Origin: Deltaproteobacteria bacterium
Lineage (GTDB): Bacteria > Myxococcota > Kuafuiibacteriia > Kuafuiibacteriales > Kuafuiibacteriaceae
Direction: 5' to 3'
DNA length: 64,000 nucleotides
Assembly (NCBI GenBank): GCA_040218735.1
Contig: JAVJQW010000070.1
Location: 224,001-288,000, forward strand
The position numbers were made by a program, and so were the translations under genes. A model generated the notes under the pieces. It made no database searches. It saw nothing but the letters and a program-made list of their open reading frames with translations, and was not told the DNA's origin. Below are positions 29,721 to 40,514 of the stretch, one piece after another (position 1 is the stretch's first letter; each line of letters opens with the position of its first letter).

Positions 29721-31135
29721 AGCGGCTCCTCGTGTCCCTGTCGCTCTGCGTCGCGTCCGTCGCGACCGCGGCGCCGCGCACGCCCTACGGAGGCGACGCG
29801 CGGGTCTACGTGTTCGGGCGCCCGATCGAAGTGCTCCCCGAGAACGCCGCGGGCTTCGCCGACGCCACCGTGCAGGGGCTGGTCTACGAACGCCTCTACG
29901 GGCTCGACGGCAGCGGCGACCTGGTCCCGATCCTCGCCGCCGGGCCCCCGGAGATCGCGGGCCTCGTCGTGAGCGTCCCGCTACGACCGCGGGTTCAGCT
30001 GCACGACGGGCGGGTCCTCACCGCGGCGATGGTCGCTGAGGCGTTTGTGCGCCACGCGACGACCGACGCACGGGCCTCCTACGTCACGGCGCTCACCCTG
30101 GACGGTGCTGGGCGCCCCCGCGTTCGGAGCGAGGCCGGCCAGGTCCGCTTCCAGCTCACCACCCCGCACGCCGACTTCGCGCGGCTCCTCGCGTCGCCGC
30201 ACGCCGCGGTGGACGTGCCGGCGGTCGGGCGCGCGCAGACGATCGGCACCGGCCCGTACCGGTTCCACTCCCGCGACGCGCGCGGGGTGTACCTCTTCGC
30301 GCCGTTCGACGCGTACCGCGGCGGGCGCCCGTTCCTCGACGGTGTCGAGGTCCGGCCGTACGCCTCGCGCTTCGGGGCCGCGGCGTTGACCAAGAACGCG
30401 GCGACGACGTTGGTCTTCGGGATCCCGGACGGCTCGGACCGCGCTTCGCCTCGAATCGAAGTCGCCGGTTCGGTCCGGCCCCGCGCGGAGACGCTGGTGT
30501 TGGCGATCGGCCCGTCGGTCGCGGACCGCGACGCGCTCGCGCAGGTTATCGACGGCGCGCTGAACCGTCAGCGCCTCGTGCGCCGCTTCCTCGGCGACGA
30601 CGCCCAGGCGACGCAGGCGCTCCTCGACGGCGTGAAGGTGGAGGCGACCGAGCCCAAGGCCCCCACGGCGAGCCGCTCGCTGGCCCTGTTGGTGTCGCGG
30701 GACGGGCGCGCCGGACATCGCTTCGCGGAGCGGGTGCAGCTCGATCTGCTCCGCGCGGGCATCACCGTTCGGATCGAACGTGTGAGCCCCGAGCGCCTGG
30801 AGGCGCGCCGTCGCGGGCAGGACTTCGAGCTACTGATCGACACCCTGGCCCCCGTCGTCCCGGCGTCGCCCCGCCCCGTCGACGACCTCCACGCGCTGTG
30901 GTCGATCGCCTCAATGTTCGCGCAGCCGCAGCTCGTCCGCGCGGCCGACGTGGAGCGGTTCGAGCGCTCCGGACGCCCGGCCGAGGTCGTCGCCGCGCTC
31001 GAAGCGAGCTTCAGGCGCTCGCTCGGTTTGGTCCCGATCGCCCGCCGGGCACCGTCAGTCGCCAGCACGGATACGCTTCATGGCGTGACCTCGCGCCCGT
31101 CGGGTGCGATGGATCTCTCCGACGCGCACCGATGA
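29717..31135 (+). CDS. Family-5 ABC substrate-binding-like protein
   Basis: Signal peptide; 'PYGG', 'LVYERL', 'HDG..LTA', 'GTGPY', 'GRPFLD'. Confidence 0.8.
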   Translation: MKRLLVSLSLCVASVATAAPRTPYGGDARVYVFGRPIEVLPENAAGFADATVQGLVYERLYGLDGSGDLVPILAAGPPEIAGLVVSVPLRPRVQLHDGRVLTAAMVAEAFVRHATTDARASYVTALTLDGAGRPRVRSEAGQVRFQLTTPHADFARLLASPHAAVDVPAVGRAQTIGTGPYRFHSRDARGVYLFAPFDAYRGGRPFLDGVEVRPYASRFGAAALTKNAATTLVFGIPDGSDRASPRIEVAGSVRPRAETLVLAIGPSVADRDALAQVIDGALNRQRLVRRFLGDDAQATQALLDGVKVEATEPKAPTASRSLALLVSRDGRAGHRFAERVQLDLLRAGITVRIERVSPERLEARRRGQDFELLIDTLAPVVPASPRPVDDLHALWSIASMFAQPQLVRAADVERFERSGRPAEVVAALEASFRRSLGLVPIARRAPSVASTDTLHGVTSRPSGAMDLSDAHR

Positions 31136-32886
31136 AGAGCATCGAGGCCAGCTTCGAACCCAAGGCGCGCCTGAGAACGCGCGTGACGCTGTTCTTCATC
31201 CTCGCCGCCACGCCCGCCGCGCTCACGAGCGTCGGTGCCGTGGTCGTCCTCGACCAGCTCATCCAGGAGGAGATCAAACGTCGGAGTGAGAGCGGTCTCG
31301 AAGCGGTCGAGGCGCTCCTCGCGGCGACGTCGAAGCGCGCGCAGAAGGAGGTCGCGGACGTCGTCGAGTCACCGGCCGTGCTCGAGCTCGTCGGTGCGAT
31401 CGACGGCGACGTCCTACGCTTCGAGGGCCTCGCCGCGAACCGCGCCGCCACGAGCGGGCTCGACGTCCTCGCATTCGTCGCGGCGCGCGGCCCCTCGGAG
31501 GGGACGGTCGTGTCGAGCGCGCACCTGTCGAGCCTCGTGGGGGACGACGCCGACGCGTTCGTCGCGGCGACCAACGAAGGGCGCACGGGGCTCGTGCACG
31601 TCTACGTGGAAGGCAACCCGCCGAGCGTGGTCCCGGCGATCGTGACGCTGCGGCTCGTTCGGAGCGTCGACGGCGATCCGGCGCTGTGGGTCTACGGTGG
31701 GCTCCGCCTGGACGGCCGACGGGTCGAAGACCTCGCCGAACACCTCGACGCCACCTTGGTGCTGAGCTCACCCGGTCTCGCGGACCTCGCGTTCGGCGCG
31801 GAGGGCACCATGAGCGGCGGCGACGCCGTCGAGCTCGCGCTGCTCGACGGAGGCCGCAAGCTCGGGCAGCCGGGGGCGTCGCCCGACCCTTCGCGGCCTT
31901 CGCGTCTGGAGGTCCGGGTGCACACTTCGCGGCTCACCTCCGCGCGCTCGTTGTTCCTGGGGCTGTCGGTCGCGTTGGTCGCCGCGTCGCTGTTCGTCGC
32001 GTTGATCGCGAGCGCCTGGCTGTCGAAGAAGATCGCGGAGCCGATCGTCGACCTCTCCTCCGCGGCGCTCGACGTCGGCGCCGGTAACCTCGACGTCCGC
32101 ATCGAGCCCAAGTCCGAAGACGAGGTCGGCTCGTTGGTGCGGGTGTTCAATCACATGACGGCCGAGCTGTCCGAGTCCCGCATTCGTCTTCAGCGCGCCG
32201 AGCGCGTGGCGGCGTGGCAGCAGATCGCCCGGCGCGTCGCGCACGAGATCAAGAACCCGCTCTTCCCCATCCAGATGTCGATGGAGACGATCCAGAAGAG
32301 CTACAAGAAACAGCACCCGAAGCTCGACGAGATCATCGAAGAGTCCACGCGGACCGTGCTCGAGGAGGTCCGCGCGCTCAACCGCATCGTGACGGAGTTC
32401 TCGGACTTCGCGCGCCTCCCCGCGGTGAAGCTCGAACCCACCGCGGTGACCCAGCTGCTCGACCACGTCGCGGGCCTCTACAAACGCGATGGCGAAGTGC
32501 AGCTCGTGTACGACCGCGAGACGATCCGCGGGCGCGACCTCCCGAAGATCGCCGCGGACCGTGAGCAGCTCGGGCGCGCGCTGATCAACCTCGTGAAGAA
32601 CGCGTTCGAAGCGATCGAAGGCCCGGGCACCGTAACGCTGGACGCGATCGCGACGCCGGACGGCGTCGCACTGTCGATCGCCGACACGGGGCCCGGGATG
32701 CCCGACGACGTCCGCGCGAAGGTCTTCACGCCCTACTTCACGACGAAGGACTCGGGCACCGGCCTCGGCCTCGCGATCGTGGAGCGCATCGTGTCGGAGC
32801 ACGGCGGCACCGTCGACGTGAAGTCGACGGTCGGCGCCGGCACGACGTTTGTCCTGGAGCTGAGGCCCGCGGACGAGCCCCCTTGA
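31132..32886 (+). CDS. Membrane HAMP histidine kinase (NtrY-like)
   Basis: Two TMs, HAMP 'DEVGSLV..FN.M', 'AHEIKNPL', 'PYFTTK..GTGLGL'. Confidence 0.92.
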   Translation: MKSIEASFEPKARLRTRVTLFFILAATPAALTSVGAVVVLDQLIQEEIKRRSESGLEAVEALLAATSKRAQKEVADVVESPAVLELVGAIDGDVLRFEGLAANRAATSGLDVLAFVAARGPSEGTVVSSAHLSSLVGDDADAFVAATNEGRTGLVHVYVEGNPPSVVPAIVTLRLVRSVDGDPALWVYGGLRLDGRRVEDLAEHLDATLVLSSPGLADLAFGAEGTMSGGDAVELALLDGGRKLGQPGASPDPSRPSRLEVRVHTSRLTSARSLFLGLSVALVAASLFVALIASAWLSKKIAEPIVDLSSAALDVGAGNLDVRIEPKSEDEVGSLVRVFNHMTAELSESRIRLQRAERVAAWQQIARRVAHEIKNPLFPIQMSMETIQKSYKKQHPKLDEIIEESTRTVLEEVRALNRIVTEFSDFARLPAVKLEPTAVTQLLDHVAGLYKRDGEVQLVYDRETIRGRDLPKIAADREQLGRALINLVKNAFEAIEGPGTVTLDAIATPDGVALSIADTGPGMPDDVRAKVFTPYFTTKDSGTGLGLAIVERIVSEHGGTVDVKSTVGAGTTFVLELRPADEPP

Positions 32887-34068
32887 TCAGGGGCAGGTGA
32901 GGAGCGGGGTCGTCACCGAGGACACCACCGGAGGGGTGTCTTCGGTGTAGGTCACGCCGACCGACTGCGCCGAGGGGTGGTCGTAGCAGAAGAAGTTCGC
33001 GTTCGAGGAGGCCGTCGCGTTGCCGTAACCCTGGTTGCCCAGGAACGTCTCGAAGTCGGAGCGGTCGGTGCCGATGCCGGCCCCGCCCGCGCCGAGCCCG
33101 TAGTACGGCGTGTGGATCGTGAGGAACGCGACGCGGTCGTCACCGATGACCGCGTTGTCGACCTGGAAGATCTCGATACCGATGAACGCGTAGCTCAGCG
33201 TGTGCAGCTGCTGCCCGCTCACGGTGACGTCGCCCTCGGCGTCGGGCTCGCCGAGCCGGGTCCGCACGGTGTTGATGTTGGTGCCGCGCTGACCGAGCCC
33301 CATGAAACCTTCGAGGTCGCCGTTGGAGAGGCGCAGCCGCGAGTCATTCGGATCGATCTCGCCGTCGGGCTCGACGCGGTAGGCGCGGCAGATGGTGATC
33401 GTGCGCGTCATCCCGTTGTCGTCGAGCGCCACGAGGAGGCCGCCCGTGAAGTACTGCAGCAGCGTGCCGGTCGGGTTCGCCGTGATAGCGACCTCGTGCG
33501 GCGCGGCGCCGAACGCCGTCTCGACGTCGGTGCGCGACGCGCCGAGGCCCACGCCGTCCGGCGTCTGCCCGGTGTAGCCGCCCTGGACGGAGATCCACAG
33601 CACCGTGGCGCCCATGTCGACGGTGCCGACCGGACCGAGGCCGGTGTTCGCGAACCACACGGTGAGCACGACGCCGTCGGAGAGCATCCACTCGAAGCTG
33701 CGCGCGTTCATCGCCATGGAGCGCACGCCCGGACCGAGCTTGGTCTGCACGGTCGCAAACGTGTCGACGCCGATCTCGATCCGCCCCTCCGCGACCTGTA
33801 CGTACTGGCCGGGCATCAGCTCGGGGGTCAGCGGCTGGCCACCGTCGCGGTCGCCGCCGTCGCGGACCTCTTCACCCGCGTCACGCGGGCCGCCGTCGCG
33901 ATCGCCGTCGCCCGCGTCGCGGGTGTCGTCGCCCGCGTCGCGGACGTCGCTGGCGCCGCCGTCGCGCTCGAACGGAACGTCGTCGGTGCTGTCGTCACCG
34001 CTCGAGCAGGCGAAGACCGATCCACAGAAGAAGAGCGCCCAGGCGGCGCGTACGCGAGCAGTTCGCAT
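32887..34068 (-). CDS. Lipoprotein with RDAG/RDGG linker and internally duplicated domains
   Basis: Lipobox 'FAC'; repeated RD(A/G)G; duplicated 'GVGLGASRTDV..FG'/'GIGTDRSDF..LG' units. Confidence 0.75.
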   Translation of the reverse strand: MRTARVRAAWALFFCGSVFACSSGDDSTDDVPFERDGGASDVRDAGDDTRDAGDGDRDGGPRDAGEEVRDGGDRDGGQPLTPELMPGQYVQVAEGRIEIGVDTFATVQTKLGPGVRSMAMNARSFEWMLSDGVVLTVWFANTGLGPVGTVDMGATVLWISVQGGYTGQTPDGVGLGASRTDVETAFGAAPHEVAITANPTGTLLQYFTGGLLVALDDNGMTRTITICRAYRVEPDGEIDPNDSRLRLSNGDLEGFMGLGQRGTNINTVRTRLGEPDAEGDVTVSGQQLHTLSYAFIGIEIFQVDNAVIGDDRVAFLTIHTPYYGLGAGGAGIGTDRSDFETFLGNQGYGNATASSNANFFCYDHPSAQSVGVTYTEDTPPVVSSVTTPLLTCP

Positions 34069-34104
34069 CGCCCCCCCTATAACAACGCGACGCCCGCTCC
34101 GCCA

Positions 34105-34308
34105 TCAGCCCAAGACGAGCCGGAACCGATCCTCGCCGAGGTCGTCCTTGACGCGGCGCACCTCCAGGCGACACCCGCACCAGCTACAGAACACCTCGCT
34201 CCCGAACGTGAACCCCTCGTCCCAGGGGTTGTGGGCCGAGCACTCCGAGCAATCGAACTCGTCCCAGACGAACTTCTTGCCTGTCGTCGACTTGCCGCGC
34301 TCCGCCAC
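34105..34308 (-). CDS. Small zinc-ribbon protein
   Basis: CSEC...CSWC pairs in 67 aa; co-directional with its neighbours. Confidence 0.7.
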   Translation of the reverse strand: MAERGKSTTGKKFVWDEFDCSECSAHNPWDEGFTFGSEVFCSWCGCRLEVRRVKDDLGEDRFRLVLG

Positions 34309-34312
34309 GGAC

Positions 34313-37300
34313 TCAGCGTAGCAGCTTTGCGAACTTCGTGACGCGGCCCTTCTCGATGCGCACGTCGAAGTCGTAGCGACGGCTGTCGCTCATCACGAAC
34401 GTGATGACGTGCGTGCCGACCGGCAGCGCGTACGGCTTGCGGATCGGGGTCCGCTGCCCGGTGTCCTTGCCGTCGATCAGCACCTTCACCCCGGGCGGGC
34501 GCGTGGAGATCATCAGGCTCCCGGTGGACGGGGGCCGACGCACCTTGGGGCGCGGCGGCGGCGGAGGAGGCGGCGCGCGGACCGGGGGCGGTGGAGGTGG
34601 CTCGATGCGCGCGGTCGCGGGCGGCGCAGAGGCGCCGGTGTCCGATCCCGTGTCCGTGTCCGTGTCCGAGTCCGAGTCCGATCCCGTGTCCGAATCCGAG
34701 TCCGATCCCGTGTCCGAATCCGGGTCCGATCCCGTGTCCGAATCCGGGTCCGATCCCGTGTCCGAATCGGAGTCCGATCCCGGGTCCGAATCCGGGTCCG
34801 ATCCCGTGTCCGGGTCCGAGTCCGCCCCCGCGCCCACCTCGGGGTCCGGCGCCGGATCCGCCTCCAGCTCCGGCCCCCGGGCCACGGCGTCCGAGTCGCC
34901 CTCCGGCAGCGCCTCGCTCGGCGGCGGCGCGGCCTTCGAGGAGCGATCCCGATCCAGCGGAACCACCATGGTGTGCGGCTTCGCCTCGCCGATCTCGATC
35001 GTCTGCCGGTAGGTCCTGAAGCCGTCGGCGCGCAGCTCGACGTGGTGGGTCCCGATCGTCAGCTCGTCGATGTCGATCGGGGTCTCCTCCGCGATCACCT
35101 TCCCGTCGAGCACGACGGTCACGTGTCGGGTCGGCTCGGTGACGATCTGCAGCGACGCACCGGACGGCCCGAACGTCAGCACCAGCACCGCGAGCAGTAC
35201 CGCCGCCAGCACGCCGACGCCGCCAGCGAGGAACATCAGCATCCGCGATCGTTCGAGCGACGGCGCGGCGCGCGCGACCACCGCCGCGGAGGGCGTCGCG
35301 CGCGACGGCGACGCGACGTCCGGCGAAGCGAAACGAGGACCGACGTCCGGCGCGAACGGACGCGCGCCGTCCGACGAAGGGAACGGCCCCGCCCCGTTCG
35401 GCGGGTTCGGCGGGAACGGCGTGTCCGGGCCGAGCATCCCCGGCGGCGACGAAGGCATGCGGGGCGCGGGGCCGACGCGGATCTCGTGCGGGTCCCCGGC
35501 GGCCGTCGTCGGATCGTCCATCTCGAGGTCCGACGTCTCGTCGTTGGAGCCCGCGTACGTCGGCACGAACGCCTCGGCGTCCTCGAGCGTGCCGTCGTCC
35601 GACTCGAAGTACTCACCCGAGCGCGAGTCCGGTAGCAGCGCGACCGCGTCCTCCGGCGCCATGCCGACCACGAGCGGCGCGACGTTGGTCGCCGAGTCGT
35701 CCGGACCGTCGAGGTCGTCCGTGTCGTACCGCTCGTCGGGATCGTGGGCCGCCGGCCCGTGCATCGTCGGCGCTTCCTCCTCGGAGTTGGCCGGGTCGTA
35801 GACCTGCGGGTGGACGACCTCGACCTCCTCGGAGATGTCCGCCGAGTCGATCGTCTCCCCTTCGAGCGCACCCACCGCGCCCAAGCGGGAGATGAGCTCC
35901 GCCTGCGCCGCGCTAATCTCGTCGGCGCCGGTGTCGCCCATGACGGTGTCGTTCGCGTCGTCGTAGAGCGTGTCGTTGTCCGGGATGCCGGGGACAGCGT
36001 CGAACTGCGTCCGTTCGGCGGACTCGAAGTCGACCAACGGCGACTCCGTCGTGTCCATCGACGCTTCGATCTGCGGCTTGGGCTCGCTCCCCGCCGCGAC
36101 GACGACCATGTCGCCGTCCGTCAGCGCGGCGTCCTCCTCCGGCGTCTCGTCGAGCTCCGGCGCGCCGAACAGGTGCGCAACCGGGCTTGCGCCGGCGAGG
36201 GTCGGCTGCGCGGCGTCGGAGATCGAGCTCTCGGTCTCGTCGTCTCCGGAGAACGGAGCGGACGGGATCGCGATGCTGTCGGTCGGGCCGCCGAGGTCGT
36301 CGTCGTCGTGCGCGACCGACGCCGGATCCCACGCCGCGTTCTCCCCCTCGCGCGCGAGCGCCGCCACCACGGCCGACGGCGGCGGCGCCGGCGGCTCGGG
36401 CTCCGTCGGCGGGTCCATCTTGAGCCGCATGAACGCCTCGAGCTTCTCGTTCTCGATCTCGATGTCGCGCCCGTACGTCTCCTGCATCCCCGTGCGCAGG
36501 TGACGACCGTGGTACAGCCGGTTGTTCTGCACGAGGAAGTCGAGCAGATCCTCGTGCACCTCGGACGCCCACTGGTAGCGCTGCTTGGGATCCGCCGCGA
36601 GCAGCTTCAGCATCAGCGCCTCGAGCCCCTCCGGGATCTGCGGATTCACCTCGCGCGGCGGCGGGATGATGGCGTTGCGGACGTTCTCCAGCGTCGTGTA
36701 GTCGCTGTCCGCGAGGAAGAGCCGCTGCTGCGTGAGCATCTCGTAGAAGATGACGCCCAACGCAAACAGGTCGCTGCGCCGGTCCGTCGGCTGCCCGCGC
36801 ACCTGCTCCGGCGACATGTACGCGAACTTGCCCTTCAGCACGCCGACCTGCGTGCGCGACACGCGCGAGGCCGCCTTCGCGATGCCGAAGTCACACAGCT
36901 TCACCTCCCCTTCGAAGGAGATGATGACGTTCTGCGGCGTCACGTCGCGGTGGATGATCTTGAGGTCCCGCCCCGCCGGGTCCTTCTTCTTGTGCGCGTA
37001 CTCGAGCGCCTCACACACCCGCGAGACGATGAAACACGCCTTCGGGATCGACATCGGGACCTTCAGCTTCTTCTGGTAGTCCAGGATCTGCCGGAGGTCC
37101 TTGCCGGCGACGTACTCCATCGAGATGAAGAACGTCTCCTCGTGTTTCCCGAGCTCGTAGATCTGGACGATGTTCTGGTGCGTGAGGTGCGCCGCGATGC
37201 GCGCCTCGTCGATGAACATCGTGATGAACTCGTCGTCTTCGAGGAGCGTCGGCAGGATGCGCTTCACCGCGACGATGCGCTCGAACCCCTCGACCCCGAA

Positions 37301-37390
37301 GGCCTTGGCTTTGAAGACCTCCGCCATCCCTCCGACGTTGATGCGCTCGAGGAGGAGGTGGCGGCCGAAGGGGATGGGGTACTTCGACAC
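34313..37390 (-). CDS. Membrane Ser/Thr kinase with PEGA domains
   Basis: GGMA, HRDVTPQN, DFG, YMSPE; acidic linker; TM; two PEGA-like domains. Confidence 0.93.
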   Translation of the reverse strand: MSKYPIPFGRHLLLERINVGGMAEVFKAKAFGVEGFERIVAVKRILPTLLEDDEFITMFIDEARIAAHLTHQNIVQIYELGKHEETFFISMEYVAGKDLRQILDYQKKLKVPMSIPKACFIVSRVCEALEYAHKKKDPAGRDLKIIHRDVTPQNVIISFEGEVKLCDFGIAKAASRVSRTQVGVLKGKFAYMSPEQVRGQPTDRRSDLFALGVIFYEMLTQQRLFLADSDYTTLENVRNAIIPPPREVNPQIPEGLEALMLKLLAADPKQRYQWASEVHEDLLDFLVQNNRLYHGRHLRTGMQETYGRDIEIENEKLEAFMRLKMDPPTEPEPPAPPPSAVVAALAREGENAAWDPASVAHDDDDLGGPTDSIAIPSAPFSGDDETESSISDAAQPTLAGASPVAHLFGAPELDETPEEDAALTDGDMVVVAAGSEPKPQIEASMDTTESPLVDFESAERTQFDAVPGIPDNDTLYDDANDTVMGDTGADEISAAQAELISRLGAVGALEGETIDSADISEEVEVVHPQVYDPANSEEEAPTMHGPAAHDPDERYDTDDLDGPDDSATNVAPLVVGMAPEDAVALLPDSRSGEYFESDDGTLEDAEAFVPTYAGSNDETSDLEMDDPTTAAGDPHEIRVGPAPRMPSSPPGMLGPDTPFPPNPPNGAGPFPSSDGARPFAPDVGPRFASPDVASPSRATPSAAVVARAAPSLERSRMLMFLAGGVGVLAAVLLAVLVLTFGPSGASLQIVTEPTRHVTVVLDGKVIAEETPIDIDELTIGTHHVELRADGFRTYRQTIEIGEAKPHTMVVPLDRDRSSKAAPPPSEALPEGDSDAVARGPELEADPAPDPEVGAGADSDPDTGSDPDSDPGSDSDSDTGSDPDSDTGSDPDSDTGSDSDSDTGSDSDSDTDTDTGSDTGASAPPATARIEPPPPPPVRAPPPPPPPRPKVRRPPSTGSLMISTRPPGVKVLIDGKDTGQRTPIRKPYALPVGTHVITFVMSDSRRYDFDVRIEKGRVTKFAKLLR
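34640..34825. repeat. Coding tandem repeat (about 24-bp unit built on a 6-bp TCCGNN period) encoding GSD(P/S)DSDT
   Basis: About 6 copies of GTCCGATCCCGTGTCCGAATCCG(A/G) with variants. Confidence 0.9.
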
Positions 37391-37476
37391 GACACAATCA
37401 CCGAAAAACGGTGCCAGTGCGCGAGTTTAGGAGGGGGCTTGGAGGGTGTAAAGTCTTTGGGTACCGCCGAGACGCC

Positions 37477-40395
37477 CTAGATCCCGCCGCGGCACACCGG
37501 CGGGTCGACGCTCGTGTCGCACCACTCGCCGACGTCGCACATGCAGGGGTCCTCTTCGACGCAGATGCCGTCGATGCACTCCTCGCCCTCGACGCACTGC
37601 CCTTCACACGGGTCGTCTTCCTCGCACAGGCCCGTCATCGGGTTACACGGCATGTCCTCGGGGCACCCGCCGCCGCACGTCGGGTCGATGACACACTCGT
37701 TGGTGTCCATGTCGCAGATCTGACCGTCCGGACAAATGCAGACCGGCGCGCCCGGATCCGGCGAGCCCTCCTCCCAGGTGCGGTAGCTGATCATCATGTC
37801 GCGGTCCGCGGGCGGCCGCGCCGTGCCGTAGAAGACCAGCTTGTGCTTCACGACGTTGTTCTGGACGTCGAGCTCGAACGCGTAGTCGAAGCCGTTCGCG
37901 CGCGAGCGCGGCACGTCGGCCTGCCCCACGAAGTCGCCGTTCTCGTCCGCGATCACCACGCGGATCGTCGAGCTGATCGGGGGCTTCGTCAGCTCGATCT
38001 GGGAGGCGATGCCCGCGCCGGCTCGGATGATGTCCTGCACGATCTGGCTCATGTCGCCGCAGATCGATCCGGTGCCGCCGCCCGTGGCGCCCGCGATGTC
38101 CACGTAGCCGCGCCCGTGCTGCGAGTTCCCCGTGCAGTCGCCCGAGCCCTGCTCGAAGCTGCAGAAGTCCGCGCCCGTGTTGTTCGGCTGGATGCCGTGG
38201 ATCGCAAACGTGGTCAGGCCCGCGATAGAGGTCTGCTGCGCGAACGCGAGGTACTGGCTCGTGAGCGTGTCGATGCGCGTCTGCTTGCCCGCGTTCTCGG
38301 CGCAGTTCTGATCGTTGCCGCCCGCGGCCTCCTTGATCGAGTAGTCCTCCTCGTCGGACATGTGCACGACGATCGCTGCCGCGCCCTCGCGGAACTTCGT
38401 CGGATCCTCCTGCGCCGTCGCCGGTAGCGCCGCGTTCGCCGCCGCGACGCCCACCACGAGCCCGCGCTCCTGACCGCTGCCGCCGGTGCCCAGCGCGTCG
38501 ACCGCCTGCGCCCACGCCGAAGATGCGGCCTCCGCCGCGGCCCGCGGCGACGACGGCGTGAAGCCGTTCACGCCCCGCGCGGTGATCGAGCCGTCGGCCT
38601 GGTCCGTCGTCGTCAGCGCGAGGCGCCACGACAGCTGCGTCGTCGACAGCAGCGCGACCATCTCGGCGCCCGCGTCGGCGACGGCCTGCTGCTCCTCGGA
38701 CATCGAACACGAGTTGTCGACGACCCACAGCAGGTCGATCACGTCGTTGCCCGGCGGCGTCCGGAACGCGTCGCAGCCGGTGCCGGTGAAGTCGCCGAAC
38801 TGCGAGATGCCGGTGCCGTTGGCGACGTCGGACAGCGCGATGATCTCGGCGTCGTTCGCCACGCCCGGCACCAACGCGCCGACCACGATCGCGCGCAGCG
38901 GCGTGCCCTGCGCGTCGACGCGCAGGATGGTCTCGAAGTAGACCGTGAAGTCACCCGGGTTGTTGCCGGAGCTCGGCAGCGCGCCGCTGAGCGTGCCCGC
39001 GCCCGCGACCTGCTCCGCCATCTCGGCCACCACCTCGATCGCGGTGCGGTTGTTCCGCTGCGCGCGCGCGGTCGTGAACACCGCCGGGAAGCCGTCCCAG
39101 CTGATCAGCGCGCGGTCCTGCTCGTTCGACAGGTTCGCCGCCTGGTCGAGGAGGTCCCGGTTCGCCTGCTTCTCCTGCCCGACGTTGTTGCCGCTCGGCG
39201 TCTTCGAGATCGCGAAGCCCACCACGCCGGACATCGGATCGCTGAACATGATCCCTACGCCGACGCTCGCCGCGTCGCGCAGGATCGCGATCTCCGAGTA
39301 CGACTCGGGGAGCGCCAGGTTGATGTCCGCGCTCGCGAGGCGGTGCTGCGCGATGCGCTTCAGCTGCGACTCCGCGCAGACCACCGCGATGCCTTCGTTG
39401 GCGTCGCCCACGCCGTCGCCGTCGGAGTCCGGGCTGTTCGGGTCGAGCTCCTGCGGCGGCTCGTACAGGCCGTTGTGGTTCCAGTCCTCGTCGCCGTCGA
39501 TCACGCCGTCACCGTCCGTGTCGGGGTTCAGCGGGTCGGTCGTCGTGGACGGATCCATGTCCGGGCGCCAGCGGTTGATGTCCGTCCCCTTCAGCGGGCC
39601 CTGCCCGTCGGGATCCAGAATGGGCATCGACACGCCGAGCTCGACGCCGTCCCAGATGCCGTCGTCGTCCGAGTCGAAGTCGATCGGGCTCGTCTCCCCC
39701 GCATCGACGGTGCCGTTGTGGTTGGCGTCCTCGTCACCGTCCGAGATGCCGTCGTCGTCGGTGTCGAGGTCGAGCGGGTCGGTCTCCGTCGGCTGCACGG
39801 CGCCGTCGAAGTTCGCGTCCTCGACGCCGTCGGACAGGCCGTCGCCGTCCGTGTCGGCGTTGAGCGGGTCGGTGGTCGTGGCGTTGTTCGCGTCGGGGAT
39901 GAAGACGTTGGCGTCCGTGCCCGCGATGCCGGGACGCGAGGAGGTGATCGGCGTGATCGCGCCGCGCTCCTGGCCATCCGAGAGGCCGTCGCCGTCGGTG
40001 TCGAACAGACGCGGGTCCGTTTCGTCGGGTTCGATGACGCCGTTGTGGTTGCGGTCCTCGTCGCCGTCCGAGAGGCCGTCGTCGTCGGTGTCGAGGTCGT
40101 TCGGGAAGGTCTGCAGCGTGTATTCCGCCAGGTTCGTCAGGCCGTCGCCGTCGAGGTCCTCGTTTGCGTCGTTCCGAGTCGGATCGAGCCCGAACATCCG
40201 TTCCCACTCATCATCGATGCCGTCCTGGTCGATATCGGTGGTGATGGTGCCGCCATCGCGTTCGGTGTCCGCGCCCGCGTCGCGGTCGTCGGGTCCGTCG
40301 CCGTCCCCCGCGGGGGCGTCGCCGGAGCAGCCGAACGCGAAGCCGAGCGCCAGGACGCCGAGGAGGGTCGTAAGGGAGTGAGGAGCAGCACGCAT
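37477..40395 (-). CDS. CglD-like lipoprotein: Ca-binding TSP3-type repeats + vWA + Cys-rich tail
   Basis: Lipobox 'FGC'; many 'DTDxDGLSDGxED.N.NG' repeats; MIDAS 'VVDNSCSM'; 'SDEED'; Cys-rich C-terminus. Confidence 0.8.
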   Translation of the reverse strand: MRAAPHSLTTLLGVLALGFAFGCSGDAPAGDGDGPDDRDAGADTERDGGTITTDIDQDGIDDEWERMFGLDPTRNDANEDLDGDGLTNLAEYTLQTFPNDLDTDDDGLSDGDEDRNHNGVIEPDETDPRLFDTDGDGLSDGQERGAITPITSSRPGIAGTDANVFIPDANNATTTDPLNADTDGDGLSDGVEDANFDGAVQPTETDPLDLDTDDDGISDGDEDANHNGTVDAGETSPIDFDSDDDGIWDGVELGVSMPILDPDGQGPLKGTDINRWRPDMDPSTTTDPLNPDTDGDGVIDGDEDWNHNGLYEPPQELDPNSPDSDGDGVGDANEGIAVVCAESQLKRIAQHRLASADINLALPESYSEIAILRDAASVGVGIMFSDPMSGVVGFAISKTPSGNNVGQEKQANRDLLDQAANLSNEQDRALISWDGFPAVFTTARAQRNNRTAIEVVAEMAEQVAGAGTLSGALPSSGNNPGDFTVYFETILRVDAQGTPLRAIVVGALVPGVANDAEIIALSDVANGTGISQFGDFTGTGCDAFRTPPGNDVIDLLWVVDNSCSMSEEQQAVADAGAEMVALLSTTQLSWRLALTTTDQADGSITARGVNGFTPSSPRAAAEAASSAWAQAVDALGTGGSGQERGLVVGVAAANAALPATAQEDPTKFREGAAAIVVHMSDEEDYSIKEAAGGNDQNCAENAGKQTRIDTLTSQYLAFAQQTSIAGLTTFAIHGIQPNNTGADFCSFEQGSGDCTGNSQHGRGYVDIAGATGGGTGSICGDMSQIVQDIIRAGAGIASQIELTKPPISSTIRVVIADENGDFVGQADVPRSRANGFDYAFELDVQNNVVKHKLVFYGTARPPADRDMMISYRTWEEGSPDPGAPVCICPDGQICDMDTNECVIDPTCGGGCPEDMPCNPMTGLCEEDDPCEGQCVEGEECIDGICVEEDPCMCDVGEWCDTSVDPPVCRGGI

Positions 40396-40463
40396 GGTGG
40401 TTGACCGTCCGTCATCCTGTCGACTTCCTTCAGGAGTGGCAAGGCACCGAATGTCGGATGCGC

Positions 40464-40492
40464 TTGACCTCGCCTGGGGCGATCGCTATAGC
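40464..40492 (+). promoter_or_regulatory. Sigma70-type promoter
   Basis: TTGACC - 17 nt - TATAGC. Confidence 0.7.
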
Positions 40493-40514
40493 CCGCCGAC
40501 GAGGAATCTGAGCC

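Noticed and set aside
34640-34825. CRISPR array
   Set aside because: Tandem in-frame coding repeat with no unique spacers and no cas genes.
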